Shown: positions 8,951 to 18,692, numbered from the stretch's first letter. The stretch: DNA of 37,750 bases from Patescibacteria group bacterium (GCA_038064935.1 JBBTRZ010000010.1:1-37750); one strand, 5' to 3'. Notes: generated by a model from the letters alone, not told the origin. A program made the numbers and translations.

Positions 8951-9802
8951 GTGTCTGCTGATTATGCAAATTCTTTGGGGAAACATTTTTTAGCGGCCGA
9001 GACGCTCGCCCGACGGGAGTCGGTGCCTCTCACTAACTTGATTGCTTGGTGCGAAGACGAGGAGTTGAGGGCGCGGCGGATTAAAGGGCAGTGGTTCATT
9101 GATTTGGCTGACTGGGCGGCGAATAATTCTCGGTTGGTTAAGAAACTTGATTCTAATCCAATTAAAAATATTTACTCGCCCCTTCTTCTCGCTACCATTT
9201 CCGTTTTTTTTATCGCGGTGATGGTCTTTACGCCACTACAAACTCGGTTTCGGGCGGGGAGCGCTTTGCTCGGCGCGTCGCTTAATACTGTCACCCAGAC
9301 GATCGCTCAAGATTCGTCCCTCGCGTCTCTCGCCGCGGTTTATGACGGACTCTGGCTTGACCTCGATCAGTTGTGGTTCTCGGTGCGACGATTTACCCAA
9401 ACGGTGCGAGATAATCTAATTTATTTCTGGCAGGCGGCGAGAGGCGAGTGGCGTGGGTTTATGAGTCGAGAGCCCCCCGAAATTTCCGCCACCCCTTCGA
9501 TCATGGATCCGACAACTTTAGAAAATTTGAAAGCCGAGATCAAGGCCGAATTGTTTCGCGAGTTGGGGGGAAGCCAAAATGTTAATTTACCTCGATCCGT
9601 CGCCAACCCGCCGGGCCTCGTGGTTCTACCTTCAAGCGGTAGTCCCGTGAGTGACGAAGCACTGAAGCTTGAGTTGAAAAATTCCTTTTCTGATCAAGTC
9701 GAAGTGAAGTTTGATGCTAGCGGTCAAGCCGGAATTATCACTCCCATTAACAGCGGCGAAAATTATCTGTTTATTCTGACGCCGCTTAAACGCCGTCCAT
9801 GA
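8951..9802 (+). CDS. Hypothetical membrane protein with an N-terminal excisionase/HTH-like segment
   Basis: L.ARRI.GQWFID resembles an HTH_17-type wing; one TM; GTG start 6 nt after TATAAT. Confidence 0.6.
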   Translation: MSADYANSLGKHFLAAETLARRESVPLTNLIAWCEDEELRARRIKGQWFIDLADWAANNSRLVKKLDSNPIKNIYSPLLLATISVFFIAVMVFTPLQTRFRAGSALLGASLNTVTQTIAQDSSLASLAAVYDGLWLDLDQLWFSVRRFTQTVRDNLIYFWQAARGEWRGFMSREPPEISATPSIMDPTTLENLKAEIKAELFRELGGSQNVNLPRSVANPPGLVVLPSSGSPVSDEALKLELKNSFSDQVEVKFDASGQAGIITPINSGENYLFILTPLKRRP

Positions 9803-11415
9803 TTCGTTATTTCTGTTACATCATTGCCGCGTTTATCATCTCGACCAATTTAGTTTGGGGGGCAGTGACGGGTTCGGTGATCGTCCGTCCCAGTAAACTT
9901 GAGATCACCGCCCGGCCGGGAGAAATTATCCAACGGGAATTTACGATCACCAATCAATCATCCGACAATCTCAACCTCACGCTTCGCTTTGAAAATTTAT
10001 CGGCGCCAACCGATCCGCTTGACGGCGCCATTCTCGCTGAAGACAGCGAGCCAATTTATCCATTGACACCTTATCTCGCGGCGCTGGAACGCGATTTTGT
10101 CCTACCAGCCAGTGGTCAAATAACAGTGCCAATTAGTCTTCAGTTACCGAAAAACATATCACCGGGTGGTTTCTACGGCGCGGCGGTCTTTTCGGTCACC
10201 ACCCCGCCTGCCCTCGAATCCAACACGCAATTGGTCACGCGCTTGGCACCGCTTATTTTTTTGCGAGTGTCTGGTGAAATGATCGAAGCGGGGAGTCTAT
10301 TAGATTTCGATCTCATTGGTCGGCATGTTCGATTTTCTAACACGATGCCAATTTTCTATTTAACTTACCAAAACACGGGCAACATATATGTTAATCCTCA
10401 TGGTTTGATTGAAGTCAAAAACCGATTGACCGGCCGACAAATTGATCTAGCCATTGATCCGTGGTTCGTCTTGCCCGGCACCACGCGAATTCGAGAGATT
10501 GGTGTGACCGATCCGCTAGCCGGCGGATTCCCAACCGGTTGGTATGAAGCGAATCTTGCTCTCAACCCCGGCTACGGTGACACCACTTCCGTTGGCCAAG
10601 CCAATTTTGTGATCGTCAGCCCAATAATTTTTGGATTAATTATAATACTACTATGCCTGATTTTAATTTTTGTGATTAAACGCTTTTGGAAAATAATTTT
10701 TATCCTGATTTTGTTTGCGACTGCCACTCACATCACTTGGGCGGAAGTGGCGAGCAGCACTAATTATCGTTTACAAAGCGACAGCTTAAATTTCGGCGGC
10801 AGACTCTCCACTTCCACTAATTACGGTTTGGAGTCAACCGCCGGCGAATTGGCAACCGGCACTAGCACCAGTTCGAATTATGGTTTGAATGCCGGCTATC
10901 AACAAATGGTTTCTTCATTCCTCTCGATCACCGCGCCAAGCGATGTAAGTTTAAGCGCCATTGCCGGTACTGGCGTGTCGAGCGGTTCCGTCGCCTGGAC
11001 GGTGACGACTGATAATTCCGCCGGCTACACTTTGGCAATCAAAGCGGGAAGTAGTCCGGCGCTCGTGTCAGGCGGCGATAGCTTCACCGATTACACGCCG
11101 AGCGGTGCCAATCCCGATTACAGTTGGTCGGTTGCCGCTTCTCTTTCCGCTTTTGGTTTCAGTCCCGAGGGTACTGATACGGCGAGTCGCTATCTCGACA
11201 ATGGTAGTAGTTGTGGCGTCAGCGCGAGTAATGCCGTCAATCAGTGCTGGGATGGTTTTAGCACCACCAATCGCACGATTGCCCAAAGTAGCGCCGCCAA
11301 CACGCCGAGCGGGGTCGCTACCACCGTCAAACTTCAAGCCGAGATCGGCGCGAGCAAAACCCAACCCGTCGGCAACTACACCTCGACCCTCACCGTCACC
11401 GCGACGCCGCGGTGA
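9799..11415 (+). CDS. Surface protein with a DUF916-like N-terminal region, two hydrophobic helices and a Ser/Thr-rich WxL-like C-terminal domain
   Basis: Signal peptide, PGGFYGA and NTGN....P.G motifs, S.NY.L repeats, C-terminal G.YT.TLT.T. Confidence 0.65.
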   Translation: MIRYFCYIIAAFIISTNLVWGAVTGSVIVRPSKLEITARPGEIIQREFTITNQSSDNLNLTLRFENLSAPTDPLDGAILAEDSEPIYPLTPYLAALERDFVLPASGQITVPISLQLPKNISPGGFYGAAVFSVTTPPALESNTQLVTRLAPLIFLRVSGEMIEAGSLLDFDLIGRHVRFSNTMPIFYLTYQNTGNIYVNPHGLIEVKNRLTGRQIDLAIDPWFVLPGTTRIREIGVTDPLAGGFPTGWYEANLALNPGYGDTTSVGQANFVIVSPIIFGLIIILLCLILIFVIKRFWKIIFILILFATATHITWAEVASSTNYRLQSDSLNFGGRLSTSTNYGLESTAGELATGTSTSSNYGLNAGYQQMVSSFLSITAPSDVSLSAIAGTGVSSGSVAWTVTTDNSAGYTLAIKAGSSPALVSGGDSFTDYTPSGANPDYSWSVAASLSAFGFSPEGTDTASRYLDNGSSCGVSASNAVNQCWDGFSTTNRTIAQSSAANTPSGVATTVKLQAEIGASKTQPVGNYTSTLTVTATPR

Positions 11416-11426
11416 TTTATAAAATT

Positions 11427-11771
11427 TTAGTCGGTAATGCCGAAAACGATCTTTAAATTTTCGACGACTTCTTTTTGGATATTTGGTCCAACCCGCCCCA
11501 ATTTGCCGAGAATTATTTTCTTGTTTATGGCAGCCATTTTTCGCAATCTGATAACCGAGTCAATCTTCAAACCAGTTTTCTCAAATTCGGGGGACGATTT
11601 TTTGATCAAAATATCAACTTGATCTCGGTAAATTAATTGTGAAGAAATAAACGCCACAATCACATCATCATCTTTTAGCTCGGACGATAATATCACGGCT
11701 GGCCTCACCTTTTCCCCCGACAGATCGGTGAAGGGGAAGACGGTCAGAACGATTTCCCACTTTTTATACAT
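11427..11771 (-). CDS. PemK/MazF-family toxin
   Basis: IVL..FPFTD.SG.K.RPAVILS, TGL..DSVIR. Confidence 0.9.
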   Translation of the reverse strand: MYKKWEIVLTVFPFTDLSGEKVRPAVILSSELKDDDVIVAFISSQLIYRDQVDILIKKSSPEFEKTGLKIDSVIRLRKMAAINKKIILGKLGRVGPNIQKEVVENLKIVFGITD

Positions 11772-11772
11772 G

Positions 11773-12015
11773 CTATTTCTTCAAATCGTCAACAGAATAC
11801 AATTCTGGCTCGTCTTTAAGGAAATCAAAGCCACCGGCATTGGCTACGAAGTTAGTCCATTCATCCAATTCCCGGTTTAAATAATCTGGGTATTTTATCA
11901 TCAGGACTTCTGGTCGATTATGCCGACCGATACCTAAGGTTAAATTGTTTTCCCTGACAGATGCGACAAACCGGCCCAATTGCTGTCGCGCGATAGTGGT
12001 GCTGACAATCTTCAT
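11773..12015 (-). CDS. Phd/YefM-like antitoxin
   Basis: MKIVSTT.AR..L...V..V......I.R..RP.V.M resembles the Phd N-terminus; acidic C-tail; directly upstream of the toxin. Confidence 0.7.
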   Translation of the reverse strand: MKIVSTTIARQQLGRFVASVRENNLTLGIGRHNRPEVLMIKYPDYLNRELDEWTNFVANAGGFDFLKDEPELYSVDDLKK

Positions 12016-12021
12016 GGGATG

Positions 12022-12049
12022 ATTGTACCTTTTGTACATTTATTGTCAA
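12022..12049 (-). promoter_or_regulatory. TA promoter with overlapping TGTAC-N5-GTACA operator
   Basis: TTGACA-16 nt-TACAAT, ATG 6 nt later; palindrome at 12024-12038. Confidence 0.7.
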
Positions 12050-12117
12050 TTAAAATATTTGAGTAGTTGGGGATAAACCAGATTGGCCGTTCTTGATCGG
12101 TGCTATAATTCAAGCCA

Positions 12118-14859
12118 ATGCCCCCATCCAAAATTCGCTGGCTCGGAACCTTCCTCCTCGGCCTCCCGATTTTCCTCTACGCCGTCTTTGCCGGTTCGAC
12201 CCTCGAACACAACTTGAACCCCCTCGGCCGTCTGTTTGGCGATCAGCCGACCGATCAACTCGCCGCGACCGTGCAACCGTCATCGGTTAGTCAACCCATT
12301 GTCGAAGTGGAAACGGCCGCTTCAGCTAAGCTCGCCGCCGCCTCCCGCTCGCTGTCTCTCGTCGCGGCGATCAATAATCAAATCACGACCAAAATTAATC
12401 AGCTCGCTCCCACCGAATTGAAATCCCTTTTGGTTCAGAGAAAAGTTGAGATGCTTACTCTCGCCCAGAATAATCCACGACTCTTCCTAACCCAAAAATT
12501 ATCACCCTCGACCATCCAGAAAATTCTACCCAACCTTCGCCCCAACCTCGAGCAAGCCGCCACCCTCACCGGCCGCCTCGAAGTGATGCACATCGACGAT
12601 TTCAAGCAGCCCCAGAATTCCGAGTTCGTTTATTCTCTCGTCGTCGGCAACGAAAAGTACGCTCTCTATCCCACCGAGCCAATCTATTCCGCCTCCGGCG
12701 CGGTGATGAAAGTTGATGGTTTCCAACTGGCAGAAGTGATTGTGGCCGAAGCCGGCAAATTTCAAATTATCACCGCCGCGCCGAAGCCGGAGGCCGTAGG
12801 AGATCAGAAGACCCTAGTTCTTATGATTGATTTCTTAGACTCCGGCCCGCGGCCTTTCACTAATCAACAAGCCCAAGATTTAATTTTAAATCCCAACAGC
12901 CAATTCCAGAAGTTTTATAAAGAGAACTCCTACAACCGAGTCTCATTTAGTGGAGATGTGAAAGGGTGGTATAAGCTAAATAGGAATAGGGGGGATGGAA
13001 TTGGAGGAGAGGAGTGCGGCAATCGTGTTTTTATAGGCAATGGTGATCCAGAAACCCAAAATATTTTGCGGGGTATATCTAATCTGTCTAGTTACGATCG
13101 CCTGGTATTCTTGTTTGGCCGAGGCGGCTATTGTTCAGAAGTGGGTAAAATACTTTTTAATTTAGATGGAATTGAATATAAAATGTCGGTGGCTTGGGTT
13201 GAAATTTATGATATTACTGATTCAAAAAATAATTTGAATCACACATTGACTCATGAAATAGGGCACAGTCTAGGCGTTTTTCATGCCAATGGCTGGGATT
13301 GTGGAGAAAATGTTTTACGAGGCGATTGCCATCATGAAGAATATGGTAATTACTTTGACACTATGGGGGTGGGAGATCATGCTCTGCATTTTAATTCTTT
13401 CTACAAAGAGTTATTAGGTTGGATTCCGCCAAGTGAAACTGTCCAAATTAATAGTTCTGGACGATATACACTTAACCCCCTTGAACTAGCCAGTAGTGGT
13501 AAAAAATTAGCCAAAGTTCAGTCGCCACTCGCTACCTCCACCACTCTTTATTTGGAGTATCGTAGGGGAGTAGGGTTTGATAGGAAGTTAAATGATCCGG
13601 CCGTATCTTCCAATCAGCAGGGATTATTTGTTAATGAAATTATTGATTACTTCCCGCGATTATTGGATATGCAGCCAACAACACAAACTTGGTACAATGA
13701 TATTTCCTTAGCGACCTTAAATTCTGCAACTACTCGATTTACTGACCCCGGCACCGGCATAAATTTAGGACCAATTATTGCGGCCAATAATTCGTCCATC
13801 ACTTTTGATGTAGAGATGACGGAACCCCAATGTGTAAGAGCCACGACAACCATTCCTTTTTTCAGTATCCCTCAACTTTTTCCAACCCCCGCCACTCATG
13901 GATTTGTTCCTGGTGGAAATGGTCGGGCTGATATTTTTTATCATAATGGTGACTCAAGCACTTGCGGTGGCTCGAGCTTTAAGGTTGAAACCAGTTTGCC
14001 GTCAACTTGGCAGCCAACGATTTCACCAGAGGATAATATGTTTTTATTTCCAGATTCCACATCATCGTTAGTCAGTATTAATTTTATTGTACCCATCAAT
14101 ACACCACCGGGTTTGTCTCCTATAACTATTGATGTTATCAATCTAAAAACTAACAGTAGGTCATCTAAAATTTTCCAATTACAAATTGTTAATCCACCAA
14201 GTATATCTGGTGTTGCTCCTCAATCTGGGCCGGTCGGGACAGCTATTACTATTTTTGGTGCTAATTTTTCCTCTTCTCCTCGGGTATCTTTTACTGATCC
14301 AACAACAGGAAATTATTTTTCGAAGATAGCAACATCTAATTTGGGTGGTAATATCACAAATTTTATTGTTCCAGATTATCTTTATGATCCTCCTCAGTTC
14401 CAAGATTCACCGCCGACCACTCCTGGAAGATACGAAATCTCTGTGTATGCCAATGGTGCCCAAAGCGATTCAGTTAGTTTTGAAGTCACTTCTACTAGCA
14501 CGACACCTATTACCCCTGGCATCGTGACCCCACCGGAGACAATCCCGCCCACGCCCTTGCCAGTTACTGTCCTCGCCCCAAACGGCGGAGAGAATTGGAA
14601 GTTGGGAGCGAAACAGGCAATCAGTTGGTTGGGCAATGGGCCGGTTAATGTGTCGGTGATGAAAACGACGGTCACTTCAGCCTCAATGAGTTATTTAATT
14701 GGCAAGCAAATCACTGGTTCTAATTTCTCGTGGACCGTGGGTCAAGGGAGTGAAGCGGGGGTGTCTGTGCCAGTTGGTTCCTATCGGCTAAAAATTTGTT
14801 CTCAAAATCAAGCATTGGTTTGTGATGAGTCAGATGCGGCATTTATGATTATTAAATGA
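12118..14859 (+). CDS. Secreted/surface zinc metalloprotease (M11/M6-like) with IPT/TIG and C-terminal Ig-like domains
   Basis: HEIGHSLGVFH (HExxHxxGxxH), EYG..FD.MG Met-turn, P.ISGVAP.SG.VGT.ITI.G.NF, V..PNGGE.W..G. Confidence 0.8.
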   Translation: MPPSKIRWLGTFLLGLPIFLYAVFAGSTLEHNLNPLGRLFGDQPTDQLAATVQPSSVSQPIVEVETAASAKLAAASRSLSLVAAINNQITTKINQLAPTELKSLLVQRKVEMLTLAQNNPRLFLTQKLSPSTIQKILPNLRPNLEQAATLTGRLEVMHIDDFKQPQNSEFVYSLVVGNEKYALYPTEPIYSASGAVMKVDGFQLAEVIVAEAGKFQIITAAPKPEAVGDQKTLVLMIDFLDSGPRPFTNQQAQDLILNPNSQFQKFYKENSYNRVSFSGDVKGWYKLNRNRGDGIGGEECGNRVFIGNGDPETQNILRGISNLSSYDRLVFLFGRGGYCSEVGKILFNLDGIEYKMSVAWVEIYDITDSKNNLNHTLTHEIGHSLGVFHANGWDCGENVLRGDCHHEEYGNYFDTMGVGDHALHFNSFYKELLGWIPPSETVQINSSGRYTLNPLELASSGKKLAKVQSPLATSTTLYLEYRRGVGFDRKLNDPAVSSNQQGLFVNEIIDYFPRLLDMQPTTQTWYNDISLATLNSATTRFTDPGTGINLGPIIAANNSSITFDVEMTEPQCVRATTTIPFFSIPQLFPTPATHGFVPGGNGRADIFYHNGDSSTCGGSSFKVETSLPSTWQPTISPEDNMFLFPDSTSSLVSINFIVPINTPPGLSPITIDVINLKTNSRSSKIFQLQIVNPPSISGVAPQSGPVGTAITIFGANFSSSPRVSFTDPTTGNYFSKIATSNLGGNITNFIVPDYLYDPPQFQDSPPTTPGRYEISVYANGAQSDSVSFEVTSTSTTPITPGIVTPPETIPPTPLPVTVLAPNGGENWKLGAKQAISWLGNGPVNVSVMKTTVTSASMSYLIGKQITGSNFSWTVGQGSEAGVSVPVGSYRLKICSQNQALVCDESDAAFMIIK

Positions 14860-14892
14860 GTTCCGATAACCTTAGAATACCCTAGGCCTCAA

Positions 14893-16938
14893 ATGACGCG
14901 CCGATCACCAATCCTTCAAGCTTTTTGTTTACTGTTTTTGCTTGATTTAAGTTTAGGTATTTGGGCGATTCAAAATGTGGTGGCCGCGACCGATGCGGTG
15001 CAGGTGAATCTGTCGGTAACGGCGGGTAGCGGGGGTGGCGGCGGACCAGATCCGGACCCGGATCCAGTCCCGATTCCCGGTTGCACCGATGCCGCGGCGA
15101 CTAATTACAATTCGGCGGCCACGGCGGACGACGGCAGTTGCGAGTATCCACCGATCGAGACCATCCCCAATGTCAATGGTTTCAACGCCGTACTCGAGGG
15201 TATAGATGTTCGTCTCTCGTGGCAGAATCCGAGTTTTGCTAATTTCGCGGCGGTGCGTATCGTTCGCCGAATTGGCAGTTTGCCGACCGGTCCAACCGAC
15301 GGCGAGCTCATCTATGACGGCAGTGGCGAAACGACACTCGATACTAGCGTCACCTTCAGCACCCAATATTATTATGTCGCTTTCGTCCGTGACACGGCGG
15401 GGGAGTATTCTTCGGGAGCGGTCTCGAATATCACCACGCCGGCCGAGGAAGAATTGCCGCCGGATGATGAACCACCGCCAGACGCCGAGCCGCCGGGCGG
15501 TGACGGTGATGATGACGGCTCCGGACCCGGTGGCGATGGTGACGAACCGCCGGGTGAAGTCAGTGATCCCTTTGCTAATTTGCCGGAGGTGATGGTCACT
15601 GATCCAATCACGGCTCTCTTGAAAGTTGGCGATTTCACTTTTTATCAGCCCGGGGAACGACAACAGTTTTTTACCGACGATGAAGATATTTTTGTGATTG
15701 GTCGCAAGCCACTGTCGGTCACCATTCCGGCGGGAAAGTTGCCGGAGGCCATGAAGACGATTGGTCTCACGATTATTGATCCCGCGACCCGCCGACCGCT
15801 CGGTTCCTATATTCTTAAAGTGACGCCTGACGGCGCGAATTATACCGCGAGTATCGGCAACACTTTCCCTAACGGGATTTATCCACTCCTCATTTACATT
15901 ATCAATTATCAAGATCAAACGATTAAACGCTTAACGGGTCGGCTGGTGGTGAGTGACGGCGTTGCGATGACTGCCATCGGACATACGCTCACGGACACGG
16001 CGCGAGTCTTGTCACCGGTCGCGATCACGATCGGTCTGGCTTCCGGCGTGATTCAGGGCTTGGCTCTCGCGGAGCGGGTCGGCTCGGCTTACGATCTCTA
16101 TCTCATTGTCCTTCACGGCTGGACTCTCTTATGGCAGACCCTAACCCTGCGTCGCCGGCCGCGGCCGTGGGGAGTTGTCTACGATTCAGTGACGAAGCGA
16201 CCGCTTGACCCGGCCTATGTGATTGTGAGAAAAAATGACGAAGATAAGGGGACGGCCATTACCGACCTCGACGGGCGTTACGCCTTTTTCCTGCCCGCCG
16301 ATACTTACCACATTATTGCCAATAAGACTCACTATCAATTCCCATCGCAGAAGTTAGTGGGCCGGACGCGCGATGAACTCTATGGCAATTTATATTTCGG
16401 CGAATCGCTCACGACGCGAAGTGATGAGGTGGTCAATCGCAATATCCCGCTTGACCCCATCGCCTTCGACTGGAATGAATTTGCCAAGCAAGCTGGGGGC
16501 TTTTTCATCCTTCACTCGCGCCGCGAAGCCAGACGGCGACGAATTCTCAACCTGCTTTACACCATCGGTTTCTCGGTTGGACTCTACAATTTCATTTTTC
16601 ACCCGAGCTCGTTCTCCATCATCATATTCTCACTCTATCTGCTCACGGCTCTAGGACAGTATCTTAAACATCGAATCGGCGCCCGAGCGATTAGTGTTAA
16701 ACGCGCGTCGGGATTGCCCGTACCCTTTGCGATTATTCGGGCTTTCATGCCGGAGGTTAATCAAGAGATTAAAGCGGTGGTGGCCGACGCGCTCGGCCGC
16801 TTCTTCCTGCTCACTCCGCCCGGCCGTTACTATATTACAGTTGAAGAGAAACTGCCCGACGAAACTTATCAGAAAATTTACCAATCACCCCCCCTCGATC
16901 TCAAAAATGGTGTGCTAACCACCGACTTGATTGTTTGA
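14893..16938 (+). CDS. Membrane-anchored surface protein (GCTD..A.NY...A..DDGSC motif, FN3-like domain, acidic Pro linker, carboxypeptidase-regulatory-like domains)
   Basis: Signal peptide, WGVVYDS.TK.PLDPA, TDLDGRY, D.LGRF motifs, TM helices. Confidence 0.7.
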   Translation: MTRRSPILQAFCLLFLLDLSLGIWAIQNVVAATDAVQVNLSVTAGSGGGGGPDPDPDPVPIPGCTDAAATNYNSAATADDGSCEYPPIETIPNVNGFNAVLEGIDVRLSWQNPSFANFAAVRIVRRIGSLPTGPTDGELIYDGSGETTLDTSVTFSTQYYYVAFVRDTAGEYSSGAVSNITTPAEEELPPDDEPPPDAEPPGGDGDDDGSGPGGDGDEPPGEVSDPFANLPEVMVTDPITALLKVGDFTFYQPGERQQFFTDDEDIFVIGRKPLSVTIPAGKLPEAMKTIGLTIIDPATRRPLGSYILKVTPDGANYTASIGNTFPNGIYPLLIYIINYQDQTIKRLTGRLVVSDGVAMTAIGHTLTDTARVLSPVAITIGLASGVIQGLALAERVGSAYDLYLIVLHGWTLLWQTLTLRRRPRPWGVVYDSVTKRPLDPAYVIVRKNDEDKGTAITDLDGRYAFFLPADTYHIIANKTHYQFPSQKLVGRTRDELYGNLYFGESLTTRSDEVVNRNIPLDPIAFDWNEFAKQAGGFFILHSRREARRRRILNLLYTIGFSVGLYNFIFHPSSFSIIIFSLYLLTALGQYLKHRIGARAISVKRASGLPVPFAIIRAFMPEVNQEIKAVVADALGRFFLLTPPGRYYITVEEKLPDETYQKIYQSPPLDLKNGVLTTDLIV

Positions 16939-16969
16939 ATATTTTCTCATTAAATTTTATAATGAAGAT

Positions 16970-17523
16970 ATGAAATTTAAGATGAGGGGGGGTTCACACT
17001 TGTCGAACTTCTCGTTGTCATTGCCATTATTTCACTCCTGTCGAGTATTGTTTTGGCGTCACTTCAAGGAGCTCGTTCCAAAGCCCGCGACAGTAAACGA
17101 GTGCAGGATTTGATCCAACTCCGCACCGCCCTTGAATTATATAAGGCCGATATTGGAAGATATCCCGGTCCTTATGTTGATCCTTCGGAAACTGATTCCA
17201 CAGCCATGAGAGATTGCTGGGATTGCACACCATCAACACCATCGCGTGATCCTAGCAGACTTAGTGCTTTAGATAATTATCTAAATCCTCGGCCGTCAGA
17301 TCCACAAACTCCACCGGGGGGATATCCAGGCAATCAAAGGGGTTACTGGTATAAATCAAACTGCAATGATTATAAAATAATAATTAATGATACTGCAGAA
17401 AATTTGAACAACATACCTTCAACAATGCACGACCCAACTTCATCTTTACGAATAGGAATTTGGTCGTCGGACGAATCCTCATCATGGGGTATCGTTTCAT
17501 CAATCATTTCGTATTGTCCTTAA
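16970..17523 (+). pseudogene. Type IV pilin/GspG-like protein, frameshifted at a G7 tract in the leader
   Basis: GFTLVELLVVIAIISLLSSIVLASL..AR.KARD..R..D; ATGs at 16970/16982 are out of frame with GFTL; in-frame TAA at 16978. Confidence 0.8.
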
Positions 17524-17659
17524 TTTTTTCCCCGTCAAGGGTTACCCTTAATCTCGATGCAATTCTTTCTTTGGTTGTGAGGTAAATAAACTCCCGAAAT
17601 CTAAGGTTCTAAAAAGAACCACCGACTTAATCATCTAGTAAAAATTTTTTTGAAAAAAG

Positions 17660-17684
17660 AAAAAGGGACACGCGATGTGTCCCT
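17660..17684 (-). terminator. Intrinsic terminator of the orphan cassette
   Basis: AGGGACAC-5 nt-GTGTCCCT followed by a U run on the minus strand. Confidence 0.75.
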
Positions 17685-17750
17685 GGTAATTTTTTCCACC
17701 CGCGGCGGACAGGTGCCTTACCATCGGCGACCTGATTTGGGATGTAGGTG

Positions 17751-18209
17751 TTAACTGGCGAGAAGAGATTCGAGATACTCGAGTTCTCGCTTGATCTCAT
17801 CTGGCGGCATTCGTCTTATTCGATAGAACTCTGCGAGCTCATCGGGATCGTTGGGATTAAATCCAGTTTCCTTAACCCGAACATCGCGCTCTAAAATAAT
17901 TATTTCATCTACCGACAGAGCGGAAAGGAGAAAGCGCTCAGCTTCGGTAACCCCCTCCATTGAAATCGAATAATACACATCATAACGCCCAGGATAGCCC
18001 GGCCTGATTTTCCCCACTTGATGACCAAGATTATCCGCCTTGGTGACACCAAGATTGATAAGTTTCTGTAGAGCCCAATCACTAACTAATCCCTCATTAT
18101 ACAAGCCATTAATGTGGTCTCTCCAAAATGTGGCGGATTGCCTCTGTTCGGCAATTTGATCCCTAATTTTCTTGTCTCCAGAACCATGTTGCCGGTTTTT
18201 CTTGGACAT
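17751..18209 (-). CDS. Hypothetical protein (orphan cassette)
   Basis: 152-aa ORF with AAGGA SD, own promoter (TTGACT-17-TTTAAT) and terminator. Confidence 0.7.
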   Translation of the reverse strand: MSKKNRQHGSGDKKIRDQIAEQRQSATFWRDHINGLYNEGLVSDWALQKLINLGVTKADNLGHQVGKIRPGYPGRYDVYYSISMEGVTEAERFLLSALSVDEIIILERDVRVKETGFNPNDPDELAEFYRIRRMPPDEIKRELEYLESLLAS

Positions 18210-18447
18210 GACTCATCCTTTCAAAATTGAATGTCAAAAGAACTTATCCGTTTCCAGCTTTCGCCTTCATCGGCTAGGACACACATCCTAGATTCAGTTC
18301 CATTAAATCACTATCAATGTGAAAAGTCAAGCGTTTAGGACTCGTTGAAATACCCTTATTTTGATTGCCAGAATTTACTAAAAGCTACCTGCCCGACGAC
18401 TTGCTTCGATTGGGCAAGGCGAGTAAGCTGAAGGCGGTGGAAATTGA

Positions 18448-18519
18448 GGCCCTATCGTCTAACGGTTAGGACATCGCCTTCTCAAGGCGGCAATCCGGGT
18501 TCGATTCCCGGTGGGGTCA
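18448..18519 (+). tRNA. tRNA-Glu (anticodon CTC), CCA not encoded
   Basis: Cloverleaf: GGCCCTA/TGGGGTC acceptor, TCGCC-TTCTCAA-GGCGG anticodon arm, CCGGG-TTCGATT-CCCGG T arm. Confidence 0.96.
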
Positions 18520-18692
18520 AAAAGCGTTAAGAATAAAGTGAACTGCTTCACTTTTTTAGCTTTTTGAAGCCGCAGGCCTATTTCGCCAGCAGGCGAAAAG
18601 CCGAGGCGAGGTCGACAAGTACTTACATTTTTTACGAATTTATGAAGTAAAAAATTTAGTAACTTGTGACCATAATATGTTAAACTCGAGTC

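Noticed and set aside
12066-12077. DnaA-box-like TTATCCCCA (also near 8862) as an oriC signal
   Set aside because: Isolated mismatched boxes with no cluster, unwinding element or dnaA.
15440-15560. Short repeats in the surface-protein gene
   Set aside because: Explained by a low-complexity Asp/Glu/Pro/Gly linker.
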